This document shows positions 17,848-26,706 of a stretch of 64,000 nucleotides of DNA, in pieces. A model generated the notes under the pieces. That model was not told the DNA's origin and did not search any database. It saw only the letters and a program-made list of their open reading frames with translations. Source of the stretch: Candidatus Omnitrophota bacterium (GTDB taxonomy: Bacteria > Omnitrophota > Omnitrophia > Omnitrophales > JACQLI01); NCBI GenBank assembly GCA_016179745.1, contig JACPCP010000016.1, positions 10,819 through 74,818 of the forward strand. Direction: 5' to 3'. The translations under genes and the position numbers were made by a program. How positions within the stretch are numbered: position 1 is the first letter of the stretch; every line of letters starts with the position of its first letter.

Positions 17848-18427
17848 AATTGTTCGTAAGGACCCCGCCCGGCTCGTGCTCGAGGTGGGAGGGATCGGAT
17901 TTGAACTTCTGATTCCCTTGTCGACTTTTCACGCCCTCGGGAAGCCGGGCGAGGAAGTAAAAATCTTGACGCACTTTCAGGTCCGGGAAGACCACCACCA
18001 GCTCTTTGGTTTCCGGACCCAGGAGGAGCGCGATCTTTTCCGCCTGCTTCTTTCCGTGACGGGGATCGGCGCCAAGACGGCCTTGACGGTGCTTTCGGGG
18101 ATCGGCATTGCCGAACTTCGACGGGCCATTGTGGAAGGGTCGGTCCCGGTCCTGACGGCGATTTCCGGGATCGGCAGGAAAACAGCGGAGCGTCTGATTG
18201 TGGAATTGAGGGAGAAGGTCCTCTTATTGGAAACGGGGGAGGCAAGGGGCAGCGCAGCCCCGCTTCCGGCCGGAGAACAATTGATTGAGGATTCGGTCCA
18301 GGCCCTGGTTTCCCTGGGATACCGGAGGCCGGACGCCAAACGGGCCCTCCAAAAGGTTCTTGCCGAGAAAGGCGGCAGCGCGGCTTCCGTGGAAGATTTG
18401 ATCCGGGCGTCGCTCAAACACATCTAA
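17825..18427 (+). CDS. ruvA: Holliday junction branch-migration complex subunit RuvA
   Basis: MYEFLSGKI...GIGFELLIP N-terminus and twin HhH motifs (GIGAKTA, GIGRKTAERL). Confidence 0.9.
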   Translation: MYEFLSGKIVRKDPARLVLEVGGIGFELLIPLSTFHALGKPGEEVKILTHFQVREDHHQLFGFRTQEERDLFRLLLSVTGIGAKTALTVLSGIGIAELRRAIVEGSVPVLTAISGIGRKTAERLIVELREKVLLLETGEARGSAAPLPAGEQLIEDSVQALVSLGYRRPDAKRALQKVLAEKGGSAASVEDLIRASLKHI

Positions 18428-18430
18428 ACC

Positions 18431-18847
18431 ATGTTTAAATTATTTCAGAAAAAAAAGAGGGCAAGAAATTCAAGGCAGTCCAAACGGATCCGTCTGGCCT
18501 ATCTGGTGAAATATCAAATCGGGGACGACAAGCATCCCCGCATTGCCAATATCCTGGATATCAGCGGAGGAGGCTTGCGTTTTTGGACCCTGGAACGGAT
18601 TCCGGAGTCCTCACTTCTCAACGTCAGCGTTTACCTGCCGCCGCTCGGCCGTTCGGTGGAGGCCACGGCCCAGGTGCTCCGGGTCCGCCGGACCCAAAAG
18701 AAAATGCTTTACTACGTGGCCGTCCGGTTCCTGGAGCTTTCCGAAAAGGACCGGGATGCCATCCATGAATTTGCGGAGACCCTCGATAAGGACAAGGACG
18801 CCCGTCTTTTGATCGACCACGCCGACATCGTCGTTCGAGCTCAATGA
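18431..18847 (+). CDS. PilZ-domain (c-di-GMP-binding) protein
   Basis: RQSKR (RxxxR) and DISGGG (D/NxSxxG) motifs at canonical spacing. The gene sits between ruvA and ruvB, and its stop overlaps the ruvB start. Confidence 0.7.
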   Translation: MFKLFQKKKRARNSRQSKRIRLAYLVKYQIGDDKHPRIANILDISGGGLRFWTLERIPESSLLNVSVYLPPLGRSVEATAQVLRVRRTQKKMLYYVAVRFLELSEKDRDAIHEFAETLDKDKDARLLIDHADIVVRAQ

Positions 18848-19884
18848 AAGAAACCGAGCGCCTCGTCTCCCAGGAGTTGAAATCCGAAGACCAGGAATTT
18901 GACCGGGCGCTCCGTCCCGCCTCGTTTGACGAATTTATCGGCCAGGGCAAGTTGAAGGAAAATCTGGAACTCTTTGTCGAGGCGGCCCGTCAAAGGAAGG
19001 AGCCGCTGGACCATCTCCTTCTTTTCGGCCCGCCCGGTTTGGGGAAGACGACCCTGGCCCATATCATTGCCCGGGAAATGGGCGCCAACCTCCGGGCGAC
19101 TTCAGGCCCGGTTCTGGAGCGGCCCGGGGATTTGGCCGGCATCCTGACGAACCTTGAGGAAGGCGACGTCCTTTTCGTGGATGAAATCCACCGGATTTCC
19201 CACGTCGTGGAGGAATACCTTTATCCGGCGATGGAAGAGTTTGTGATCGACATCATGATCGACAAGGGCCCGAGCGCCCGTTCCGTGAAGATCAACCTTC
19301 CTCGTTTCACATTGATCGGGGCCACGACCCGGAGCGGGCTTTTGACGTCCCCCTTGCGTTCCCGCTTCGGCATTGTGGAGCGGATCAATTATTACACGGA
19401 GGAGGAATTGACGCTCGTGGCCGGGCGCTCGAGCCGGATCCTCAAAGTTGAAGTCGAGGGGCCTGCCGCCAAAGAGCTGGCGCGCAGGGCCCGGGGGACC
19501 CCCCGGGTCGCAAACCGCCTGCTTCGCCGGGTGCGGGATTTTGCCCAGGTCAAGGCGGATGGAAAGATCACCAAAGCCGTGGCCGACCAGGCGCTTCAAA
19601 TGCTGGAGGTCGACCACGCCGGGCTCGATCCCATGGACAAACGGATTTTGGGTTTTGTCCTTCGGGAGTGCGCCGGCGGCCCGGTTGGAATCAGTACGAT
19701 GGCGGTGGGCGTCGGGGAAGAGGCCGAGACTCTGGAAGAGATTTACGAGCCTTACCTGATTCAGCGGGGGTTTCTCAGAAGGACCCCTTCCGGGCGGGTG
19801 GCCACCCCCCGGGCCTACGAACATTTCGGCCTCCCGCTCCCTTCCACCGGAAAACAGGCGGAGCTTTGGCCTTCTTCATCATGA
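18844..19884 (+). CDS. ruvB: Holliday junction branch-migration ATPase RuvB
   Basis: [12 protein letters not shown], Walker [33 protein letters not shown]. Confidence 0.95.
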   Translation: MKETERLVSQELKSEDQEFDRALRPASFDEFIGQGKLKENLELFVEAARQRKEPLDHLLLFGPPGLGKTTLAHIIAREMGANLRATSGPVLERPGDLAGILTNLEEGDVLFVDEIHRISHVVEEYLYPAMEEFVIDIMIDKGPSARSVKINLPRFTLIGATTRSGLLTSPLRSRFGIVERINYYTEEELTLVAGRSSRILKVEVEGPAAKELARRARGTPRVANRLLRRVRDFAQVKADGKITKAVADQALQMLEVDHAGLDPMDKRILGFVLRECAGGPVGISTMAVGVGEEAETLEEIYEPYLIQRGFLRRTPSGRVATPRAYEHFGLPLPSTGKQAELWPSSS

Positions 19885-20699
19885 TGGAACCCCTTCTCTT
19901 TCTCTGGCGGCCGGTCCTCGAGATCCTTTTTATCTGGATCCTTCTTTACTCCCTCATCCGGTTCTTTGAGGGGACCCGGGCGGTCCAGGTCCTGATGGGG
20001 CTTTTGGTCCTGGCCGTCATTTTCAACATCGCCAAATTCCTCCAGCTTCACACCATCAACTGGGTGTTGACCAAACTCTTCGCTGTGGGAGTGGTGGCGT
20101 TCCTGATTATCTTTCAGCCGGAACTTCGGCGGGCGCTGGCCCGAATGGGGCAAAATACGATGTTCGGGACGTTTCTCAAAAAAGGGGGGACCGTTGACGA
20201 GGTCGTCCAGGCCGCAGAGCACCTGTCGCGTCAGAAGATCGGCGCCTTGATCGCCATTGAGCGGGACCTGGGGCTCAAAAATTACATTGAAAGCGGGCTG
20301 ACCCTGGATGCCAGGGTGAGCTCTGAACTTTTAATCACCCTCTTTTTTCCCAACAATCCCACCCACGACGGCGGCGTCATCATTCAAGGAGAGCGGATCG
20401 TCTCTTCGGGCTGCCTGTTCCCCTTGAGCCAAAACCCGCAGCTGGCCCGCTCGCTCGGGACCCGTCACCGGGCGGCCGTGGGTTTGACGGAGGAAACCGA
20501 TGCGGTGGCCGTGGTGGTTTCCGAAGAGACCGGGGCCCTTTCGGTTTCGGTTTATGGGAAGCTCACCCGGGACCTGGATGGGGAGGGGCTCCGCCGGGTC
20601 CTCACGAACCTCTTTCGTTCCCCCGAGGCCGAGTCCCGCTGGACCGACTATTGGCGGAAGAGCTGGAAGAATCTGGTCCGGGAGCGGAGCCGTGAATAA
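19881..20699 (+). CDS. cdaA: Diadenylate cyclase CdaA (membrane-anchored DAC domain)
   Basis: Three N-terminal TM helices. THDGGVII and [27 protein letters not shown] are DAC motifs. ATGATG overlap with the ruvB stop. Confidence 0.9.
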   Translation: MMEPLLFLWRPVLEILFIWILLYSLIRFFEGTRAVQVLMGLLVLAVIFNIAKFLQLHTINWVLTKLFAVGVVAFLIIFQPELRRALARMGQNTMFGTFLKKGGTVDEVVQAAEHLSRQKIGALIAIERDLGLKNYIESGLTLDARVSSELLITLFFPNNPTHDGGVIIQGERIVSSGCLFPLSQNPQLARSLGTRHRAAVGLTEETDAVAVVVSEETGALSVSVYGKLTRDLDGEGLRRVLTNLFRSPEAESRWTDYWRKSWKNLVRERSRE

Positions 20700-20713
20700 C
20701 GCGGTTTGGAATC

Positions 20714-21658
20714 ATGATTAAATTCCTGACGGAAAATTGGATCGCCAAACTCGTCTCGTTTGTCCTGGCCGTCGGTCTCTGGTATTACGCCGTCGGCGAA
20801 GAGGGGATCGAAGTGACCCGAACGATCCCGCTTGAGATCAAGCTTGAGCATGAGAAATTGAGTGTCGTCGGCAGTCCCAAACGGTTTATCCTGGCGACGC
20901 TCCAGGCCCCCCGTTCCCTTCTGGCCAACCTGACCTCCGACGAATTGAAGGCCGAGCACCGGATCAAAAAAATCGACGCCCCGGGAGATTACAGTTTCCG
21001 GCCCGAGGCCCGGGACCTCCAGCTTCCCTCCGAACAAATCCGGGTGGTCAACATTCAGCCGGAAGTGATCCAGGTCAAGATTGACGAGGTCATTGTTCAG
21101 AAGCTCGAAATCGAACCGAACTTTCTGGGGGAGCCCGCCATTGGTTATCGTTTGGAGGCCGGTGAGGTCCAGCAGGACCCGACCGCCGTTTTGGTGGAAG
21201 GGCCCAAGAGTCAGGTCGAAAAGCTCGGGAAGATCAAGACGCAGCCGATTGACCTGGTGGGCCGGGTGCGGTCGTTCCGGAAAACCGTCCGGCTCGAGAC
21301 GCTCCCGGGGCTGAATGTCCTCACGGAATCCCTGGTGGATGTCTACGTGCCGATTCGGGAGGCGATTGGAGAAAAGGCCTTTGAGAAGATCCCCGTTAAA
21401 ATTTTGGGTCTGATGGGGACGCTGAACCGGATTTCCGTGGCGCCGGCCGAAGTTTCCCTGGTGCTTCGGGGTTCTCCGAAGGAGCTGGACCCTTTGGAGA
21501 TTAAAAATATCTCCGCCTTCATTGATGTCACTGATTTGGCCGAAGGGACCCACGAAGTGCCGCTCCAGACTTTCCTGCCGTCCGGAGTTTTCCTCAAGGA
21601 AAACCCTCCCGTTGTCAAAGTCACGGTCCAGCGTAAAAGCGTCCTGTCCTTGACCTGA
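20714..21658 (+). CDS. cdaR: CdaA regulatory protein CdaR (YbbR-repeat protein)
   Basis: N-terminal TM helix [18 protein letters not shown], repeated YbbR-like beta modules, position downstream of cdaA. Confidence 0.75.
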   Translation: MIKFLTENWIAKLVSFVLAVGLWYYAVGEEGIEVTRTIPLEIKLEHEKLSVVGSPKRFILATLQAPRSLLANLTSDELKAEHRIKKIDAPGDYSFRPEARDLQLPSEQIRVVNIQPEVIQVKIDEVIVQKLEIEPNFLGEPAIGYRLEAGEVQQDPTAVLVEGPKSQVEKLGKIKTQPIDLVGRVRSFRKTVRLETLPGLNVLTESLVDVYVPIREAIGEKAFEKIPVKILGLMGTLNRISVAPAEVSLVLRGSPKELDPLEIKNISAFIDVTDLAEGTHEVPLQTFLPSGVFLKENPPVVKVTVQRKSVLSLT

Positions 21659-21662
21659 TCGG

Positions 21663-22239
21663 ATGGTCAAACTGGGTGTGAATATCGATCACGTGGCGAC
21701 GCTTCGCCAGGCCCGGGGGGGCGAACGGCCCGACCCGCTTGAAGCGGCCCGGGAGGCGGTGCGGGGCGGAGCGGATGGAATTACAGTCCACTTGCGGGAA
21801 GACCGCCGGCACATTCAAGATTCTGATTTGCGGCGCCTGAAGCAGGCGGTCCGCCGGCCTCTTAATCTGGAGATGGCCCTTCACCCGGAAATTGTGGAAA
21901 TTGCGCTCCGCCTCCGACCCCGGGCTTCGAGAGGTCAAAGCGGCCAAAAAATTGGGGGCCGACGCGGTGGAGCTTCACACGGGCGCTTACGCCAACGCCG
22001 GGTTCCGAAAGAAACGCTCCGAACTGGCACGGCTTCGAAGGGCCGCCCTGGAAGCTCACCGTCTTGGATTGAAGGTGAATGCCGGCCACGGCCTGGATTA
22101 TGAAAACACCCCTGCTGTGGCGAAGCTTCCTTATATAGAGGAGCTCAATATCGGCCATGCGATCGTGGCCCGGGCTGTTTTTGCGGGGATCCGGAGAGCC
22201 GTTCAGGAGATGAAAAAGCGATGCGTGACTCGAAAATAG
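21663..22239 (+). pseudogene. pdxJ: Pyridoxine 5'-phosphate synthase pdxJ, with an internal deletion of about 47 codons plus a +1 frameshift
   Basis: Track ORF 21663.. carries [16 protein letters not shown]...[13 protein letters not shown]...LNLEMA. Track ORF 21892.. in another frame carries ELHTG...LKVNAGHGL...ELNIGHAIV. The LVPE..TTEGGLD block is missing, and the span is 577 nt (not a multiple of 3). Confidence 0.7.
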
Positions 22240-23096
22240 AAAGCCAGATCCGCAGGCTCTGGCACCCCCGTCCCAAGCGGGCGGACAAAAAGGATTTCGG
22301 CCGTGTTTTTATCCTGGCGGGTTCCCGGGGCTACACGGGCGCCGCCGCCCTCACGAGTTTTGCGGCGCTCCGGGCCGGGGCGGGCCTCGTGACGCTCGGC
22401 TGCCCTGAAAAAATCTATTCGATCCTTGCCCGCCGGCATCCCGAAGTCATGGTGAGGCCGTTCCCTTCGACTCCGGAGGGGAGTTTTTCGGAAAAGGGAT
22501 TTCCTGAAATCATGAAATTTTTAAAAACACAGGACATCCTTGCGTTCGGGCCCGGCCTCGGCCGCAACGCCGCCACAGGGCGCCTCGTGCGCCGTCTCAC
22601 ATCCAAATTTCCGCTGCCGGTGGTGATCGACGCCGACGGGATCAATCTCTTTAAAGGAAAGACAGAGGAATTCAAAAAACGCCGGGGGGAGACGATCCTG
22701 ACACCCCACCCGGGAGAATTTGTGCGGGTCTTCGGCGGAAAGAAACCCAGGACCGGCCGGGAAAGAAAAGAGCGGGCTTGTCAGACGGCCCGGGAGTTTG
22801 GGGTCTTTCTGGTGTTAAAAGGTCACCGGACGGTTGTGGCCTCTCCCTCGGGGAAAACCGCTGTGAATCCGACCGGCAACCCCGGAATGGCGACCGGCGG
22901 CACGGGCGACGTTTTGACCGGGGTGATTGCGGCCCTCTTGGGGCAGGGGATGCGTCCCTTTGAAGCGGCCCGTTTCGGGGTTTACCTGCACGGTTTAGCA
23001 GGGGACCTGGCGGCCCGTGAAAAGGGGGAAGTTTCGCTCGTCGCCGGCGACCTGGTAGAATTTTTACCCCAAGCCCTCCGGCTCGTTTTAAAATAA
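22221..23096 (+). CDS. nnrD: ADP-dependent NAD(P)H-hydrate dehydratase (YjeF C-terminal type)
   Basis: VVIDADGINL, LTPHPGEF and NPGMATGGTGDVLTGVIAALLGQG motifs. Confidence 0.85.
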   Translation: MRDSKIESQIRRLWHPRPKRADKKDFGRVFILAGSRGYTGAAALTSFAALRAGAGLVTLGCPEKIYSILARRHPEVMVRPFPSTPEGSFSEKGFPEIMKFLKTQDILAFGPGLGRNAATGRLVRRLTSKFPLPVVIDADGINLFKGKTEEFKKRRGETILTPHPGEFVRVFGGKKPRTGRERKERACQTAREFGVFLVLKGHRTVVASPSGKTAVNPTGNPGMATGGTGDVLTGVIAALLGQGMRPFEAARFGVYLHGLAGDLAAREKGEVSLVAGDLVEFLPQALRLVLK

Positions 23097-23161
23097 CCAA
23101 TTCTTTAATGGGTCATCGGTAGGAGCCCGCAGAGCAACAAGTTTTGTATGCAATGTTTCGT

Positions 23162-23233
23162 GCTGGCGTAGCTCAATGGTAGAGCAACGGTTTTGTAAAC
23201 CGTGGGTTGGAGGTTCAACTCCTCTCGCCAGCT
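23162..23233 (+). tRNA. tRNA-Thr (UGU)
   Basis: 72-nt cloverleaf: GCTGGCG acceptor, anticodon loop TTTGTAA, T-arm GGAGG-TTCAACT-CCTCT. Confidence 0.9.
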
Positions 23234-23263
23234 AAAATGCAATTAAGAATTAATTGATTTTAC

Positions 23264-23346
23264 GGGGAGTTTCCCAAGTGGACAAAGGGGCCAGACTGTA
23301 AATCTGGTGGCTCACGCCTTCAGAGGTTCGAATCCTCTACTCCCCA
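23264..23346 (+). tRNA. tRNA-Tyr (GUA)
   Basis: 83-nt class II tRNA: GGGGAGT acceptor, anticodon loop CTGTAAA, long variable arm. Confidence 0.9.
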
Positions 23347-23431
23347 TGTTTAATGCCTTTCATTTCCGCTTTTTGCAAAGGCGCATTTACGAGGTAAACT
23401 GTTTATGGAGTCGGCCGATAGAAAACAGCGA

Positions 23432-23460
23432 TTGACGATAGACGCTTCAAAAGCTATATT
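23432..23460 (+). promoter_or_regulatory. Sigma-70-like promoter (TTGACG, 17 nt, TATATT)
   Basis: -35 at 23432-23437 and -10 at 23455-23460, in an AT-richer spacer after tRNA-Tyr. Confidence 0.35.
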
Positions 23461-23466
23461 GGGCCA

Positions 23467-23531
23467 TCATCCCAGCGAGACCTTGTGTCCCGCTGGCCCC
23501 GGGCCCCTGTGGGTCCGGGATTTTTTATTTT
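23467..23531 (+). ncRNA. Candidate small RNA or leader (~60 nt): hairpin CCAGCG..CGCTGG plus an intrinsic terminator
   Basis: The region starts just after the predicted promoter. The terminator stem is CCCGGGCCC-CTGT-GGGTCCGGG (23498-23519), followed by ATTTTTTATTTT. Confidence 0.3.
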
Positions 23532-23706
23532 GGGAGACTTTTTGGTGGCCAGAGCTGTCATTCCTATTGGCAGACGTGCCGAGGCTTTGAAGCATACGGC
23601 TCACGCCTACATGAAGCTCAAAGTGAAACATCTTGAAACCTGCCAATTCCCAGACGAGATTCGGAAGGAAAATCTTGTTCTGGTCCGCCCCACGGCTTGG
23701 AAATAA

Positions 23707-23880
23707 ATGATGGGGAAGATCTACAAGAACAAGAAGAGCGGTGGATGCTCATTCTGCAAGCCTCATAAGCATAAGAAAGCAGATAAGCTGAAGGGGAAGG
23801 TCAGGGATTTTTACAACCGGACAGACTCTGAAATTAAGACCACCGCCTCTCTTTTTCCAGTGAGACACGCTCCTTTATGA
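23707..23880 (+). CDS. Hypothetical small Lys-rich protein (57 aa) with a CxxC motif
   Basis: MMGKIYKNKKSGGCSFCKPHKHKKADKLKGKVRDFYNRTDSEIK... Its stop overlaps the lptF/G ATG (ATGA). It is below the track cutoff. Confidence 0.25.
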   Translation: MMGKIYKNKKSGGCSFCKPHKHKKADKLKGKVRDFYNRTDSEIKTTASLFPVRHAPL

Positions 23881-24986
23881 AAATTCTGCGTAAATACATT
23901 CTGCGGGAGCTGGTGAGGCCGTTTTTAATTTCCCTCCTTTTTTTCACCTTTGTCTTCATGGTGGGAAATCTGGTCAAGCTGGCGGACCTTCTCGTGAACA
24001 AAGGGGTCGGCCTGTGGGATATCCTGAAGATCCTGATTTTTTTGGTCCCGGGGCTCTTGAGTTTTGTGGTCCCCACGAGCGTCCTGGCGTCTGTGCTGCT
24101 GGTCTTTGGCGGCATGGCCCAGAACAATGAAATCAATGCCATCAAGGGGAGCGGGATTCATCTGCTGTCCGTGGTCCTGCCGGTCCTCCTGGTCACCTTT
24201 TTGATGAGCGTCGGACTTTTGTTTTTGAGCGATCAGGTGGAGTCCGAGGCCCAATATGCCTACCGCCGGGCGGCCAAGGACCTTCTCCTCAAACGTCCCA
24301 TGGCCTATCTGGAGGCGGGGAAATTCATCAAAGATTTTCAAGATTACATCATCCTGGCGCAGCGGATTGAAGGGAACAAGCTCTACGAGATCACCATTTA
24401 CCAGCCGCAGGAACAGGGGAAGGCGACCCGGACCATCATGGCCGAGTGGGGCGAGATCATCTCCTCGCTCGATGAAAAGACGCTGACCATCCGGCTTTTT
24501 AACGGGACGAGCGACGAACCCAATCCGGACGACCCAAGCGCTTTTTACAAATTGAACTTTAAACGTTTTGAGCTTCCCGCCATTTACCTCGGAAAGGGGA
24601 ACCCGAGGACCCGGGTTGAAAAGAAAGTCAGAGAAATGCGGCTCGACGAAATCATTTACAGCCTGCGTCACAATCCGGCCGTGAAAAAAGACCCCCAAAC
24701 CCGGAGGGAATACGAAACCGCCCTGCAGAAAAAGATCTCCTTTTCCTTTGCGCCCTTTGTCTTTTCCCTGGTGGGGCTGCCGCTGGCGATCATCAGCCGC
24801 CGGGGCGAGGCCACGGTGAGTTTCGCCCTGGCCATGGGTGTCGTGGCCGTCTATTACGTCCTCTTTGTCTGGGGAAAGGCGATGACCCTCGAGAGCCATT
24901 TCCCCCCCCTTCTGATGATGTGGCTTCCGAATCTTTTTATGGTGGCCTCGGGAGCCCTCCTCATGAAAAAAGTTTTTTCCGAATGA
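23877..24986 (+). CDS. LptF/LptG family LPS export permease (YjgP/YjgQ)
   Basis: N-terminus MKILRKYILRELVRPFLISLLFFTFVF. 3+3 TM layout with a central periplasmic domain. Confidence 0.85.
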   Translation: MKILRKYILRELVRPFLISLLFFTFVFMVGNLVKLADLLVNKGVGLWDILKILIFLVPGLLSFVVPTSVLASVLLVFGGMAQNNEINAIKGSGIHLLSVVLPVLLVTFLMSVGLLFLSDQVESEAQYAYRRAAKDLLLKRPMAYLEAGKFIKDFQDYIILAQRIEGNKLYEITIYQPQEQGKATRTIMAEWGEIISSLDEKTLTIRLFNGTSDEPNPDDPSAFYKLNFKRFELPAIYLGKGNPRTRVEKKVREMRLDEIIYSLRHNPAVKKDPQTRREYETALQKKISFSFAPFVFSLVGLPLAIISRRGEATVSFALAMGVVAVYYVLFVWGKAMTLESHFPPLLMMWLPNLFMVASGALLMKKVFSE

Positions 24987-26311
24987 CCTCTCCCATGGAA
25001 AAGTTTGTTTGCAGCCATTGCGGTCACCACTTTGAAGGAGAAGCGGGCCCGTCCCTTGTTTGTCCGAATTGCTTCTGGTCCACCTCCCTGGAAAAGGAGG
25101 AGGGCCGGCCTTCCCCGGCCAATACCGCCAGGGAGACCCTTCCCGGTCCTTCGAAGGTCCGTTCCGGGTCTGGCGCTTCCCGGAGGGGGTTCTGGCTTTG
25201 GGTGGGAATCGTCCTGGCCGCCCTCGCCTTCCTCAGCATTTTTCTTTTCGCTTCCCGCCATCTTGTGAAACAAAATGAAATTTTAAAAAAAATTGAGTCG
25301 AAGAATGCCGAGGTGATCGCCACCGAGGCCCCCGAGCTCGGGTTGCAAGAAACGGAGCGGGAGATCCTCAACCGCCGGGTTACGCCCGAGTCCCCCGGGG
25401 AAATCACGGAGTCCGAGAACGAAATTTTGACCCGCCGGGTTTCTTTCCGGCCGAAGGGAATGCGGGGCCTTCCCTCCGTGCCCTGGAGCTGGAAGGAGTT
25501 TGAGGAATTTTTGAAGGCGAGAGAGGCCGAATACAAGGTCCCGCTCGGGCGTTCTTACCGGAAAAAACTCGAGAAACTTTTCAAGACACACGCCCTTCCC
25601 GCCCACGAGGCCTTTGAGGCGAAGGATTACTTGAAGGCCCGGGACGAGTGGATCCGTTCCCTTGCCTTTCCCATTTATGGCCAGGACGTGAAAAAACACC
25701 GGGGGGTGGTCCTGACCCTGCTCCGCCCTTACGTGAATGATGTGCTCTCGAAGATTGGGGCGATGAATTCTCTTTTGATGGAAAAGGATTTTTATTCGGC
25801 CGAGGAAAGGGTCGAGAAGGCCTACGACAGTTTTTACACGCTCCTTCAAAGTCATTCCTGGGACGAGGCCCGGGCCGCCCTCCTTGAAGTGACGCAGGCG
25901 CTGGAAGGGATTCAAAAGTCCCCGAGGTCCGTGAGCGCCCCGCCGCTCCCTCCGGAAGCCGGTTCGATTGATGAGGGGATCCGTGACGTTTTGCTGGCGC
26001 AGGCCGCTCCGATGGAGCCCAGCGTCCTGGATGGGGAAATTCTGAGGCAGGACCTGGAGGCCAAGGAAAGGGTGATTCAATCCCGGAGTCCCGAGGCCCT
26101 GGCCCGGGTGCGCCAGAGTTATGACGGGGCCGTGACGTTTCTGGAGAGCCAAAATTGGAAAGAGGCCCGGAGACTCCTCGAAACCGTTGATTTTCCTGAA
26201 AACCTGGCCGAGGACGCAAAAGCCAAAATCCAAATCCTCGAACGATTTGAAAAACGAAAACCCGCCCCGGGCGGCCCCCCTTCCCTTGATTCAGGGGAGA
26301 AATCAGGTTAA
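24983..26311 (+). CDS. Hypothetical membrane protein: N-terminal zinc ribbon, one TM helix, long helical C-terminal domain
   Basis: CSHCGHHF..CPNC zinc ribbon and FWLWVGIVLAALAFLSIFLFA TM helix. ATGA overlap with the lptF/G stop. No family recognised. Confidence 0.55.
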   Translation: MTSPMEKFVCSHCGHHFEGEAGPSLVCPNCFWSTSLEKEEGRPSPANTARETLPGPSKVRSGSGASRRGFWLWVGIVLAALAFLSIFLFASRHLVKQNEILKKIESKNAEVIATEAPELGLQETEREILNRRVTPESPGEITESENEILTRRVSFRPKGMRGLPSVPWSWKEFEEFLKAREAEYKVPLGRSYRKKLEKLFKTHALPAHEAFEAKDYLKARDEWIRSLAFPIYGQDVKKHRGVVLTLLRPYVNDVLSKIGAMNSLLMEKDFYSAEERVEKAYDSFYTLLQSHSWDEARAALLEVTQALEGIQKSPRSVSAPPLPPEAGSIDEGIRDVLLAQAAPMEPSVLDGEILRQDLEAKERVIQSRSPEALARVRQSYDGAVTFLESQNWKEARRLLETVDFPENLAEDAKAKIQILERFEKRKPAPGGPPSLDSGEKSG

Positions 26312-26325
26312 GCTTACCCCGGCCC

Positions 26326-26706
26326 ATGAAACCGGTTTATGTTCTCGTCAAAAATCTTTTTTTCGCCACGAGGATTGTAAAGACCGCTCAAGCCGCCCGC
26401 CTTCCGGTTCGATGCTTTGACGAGGCCGCCAAGCTGGTGGGGGCGTCCAGGATCGAGGAGCCGAATCTCGTGATCCTGGATTGCCACGGACTGGAAAAGG
26501 AGGCCTTCGAGGTCTTGAGCGCATTTCGGAAGGACCCCGGGCTTTCCCGGGTTTCCAGGATCGGCTATCTCACTCACGGAGCACGGGATTTAAAAATGGA
26601 AATGGAACAAGCGGGCTGTGAACACGTCTACACCCAATCGGAGTTCACGAAGGAACTTGATAACCTTCTTGTAAAATACCACCATGGTCTTCCATCTCGG
26701 GTTTGA
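26326..26706 (+). CDS. CheY-like receiver-fold protein with a degenerate acidic pocket
   Basis: (beta-alpha)5-like periodicity, with LVILDCHG at the phospho-Asp position. The N-terminal DD pair is replaced (VLVKNLFF). Confidence 0.45.
   Translation: MKPVYVLVKNLFFATRIVKTAQAARLPVRCFDEAAKLVGASRIEEPNLVILDCHGLEKEAFEVLSAFRKDPGLSRVSRIGYLTHGARDLKMEMEQAGCEHVYTQSEFTKELDNLLVKYHHGLPSRV

Noticed and set aside
21892-21925. Programmed +1 ribosomal frameshift joining the two pdxJ frames.
   Set aside because: A frameshift alone would not restore the ~47 conserved residues that are physically missing. No slippery or Shine-Dalgarno-stimulated site like that of prfB is evident.
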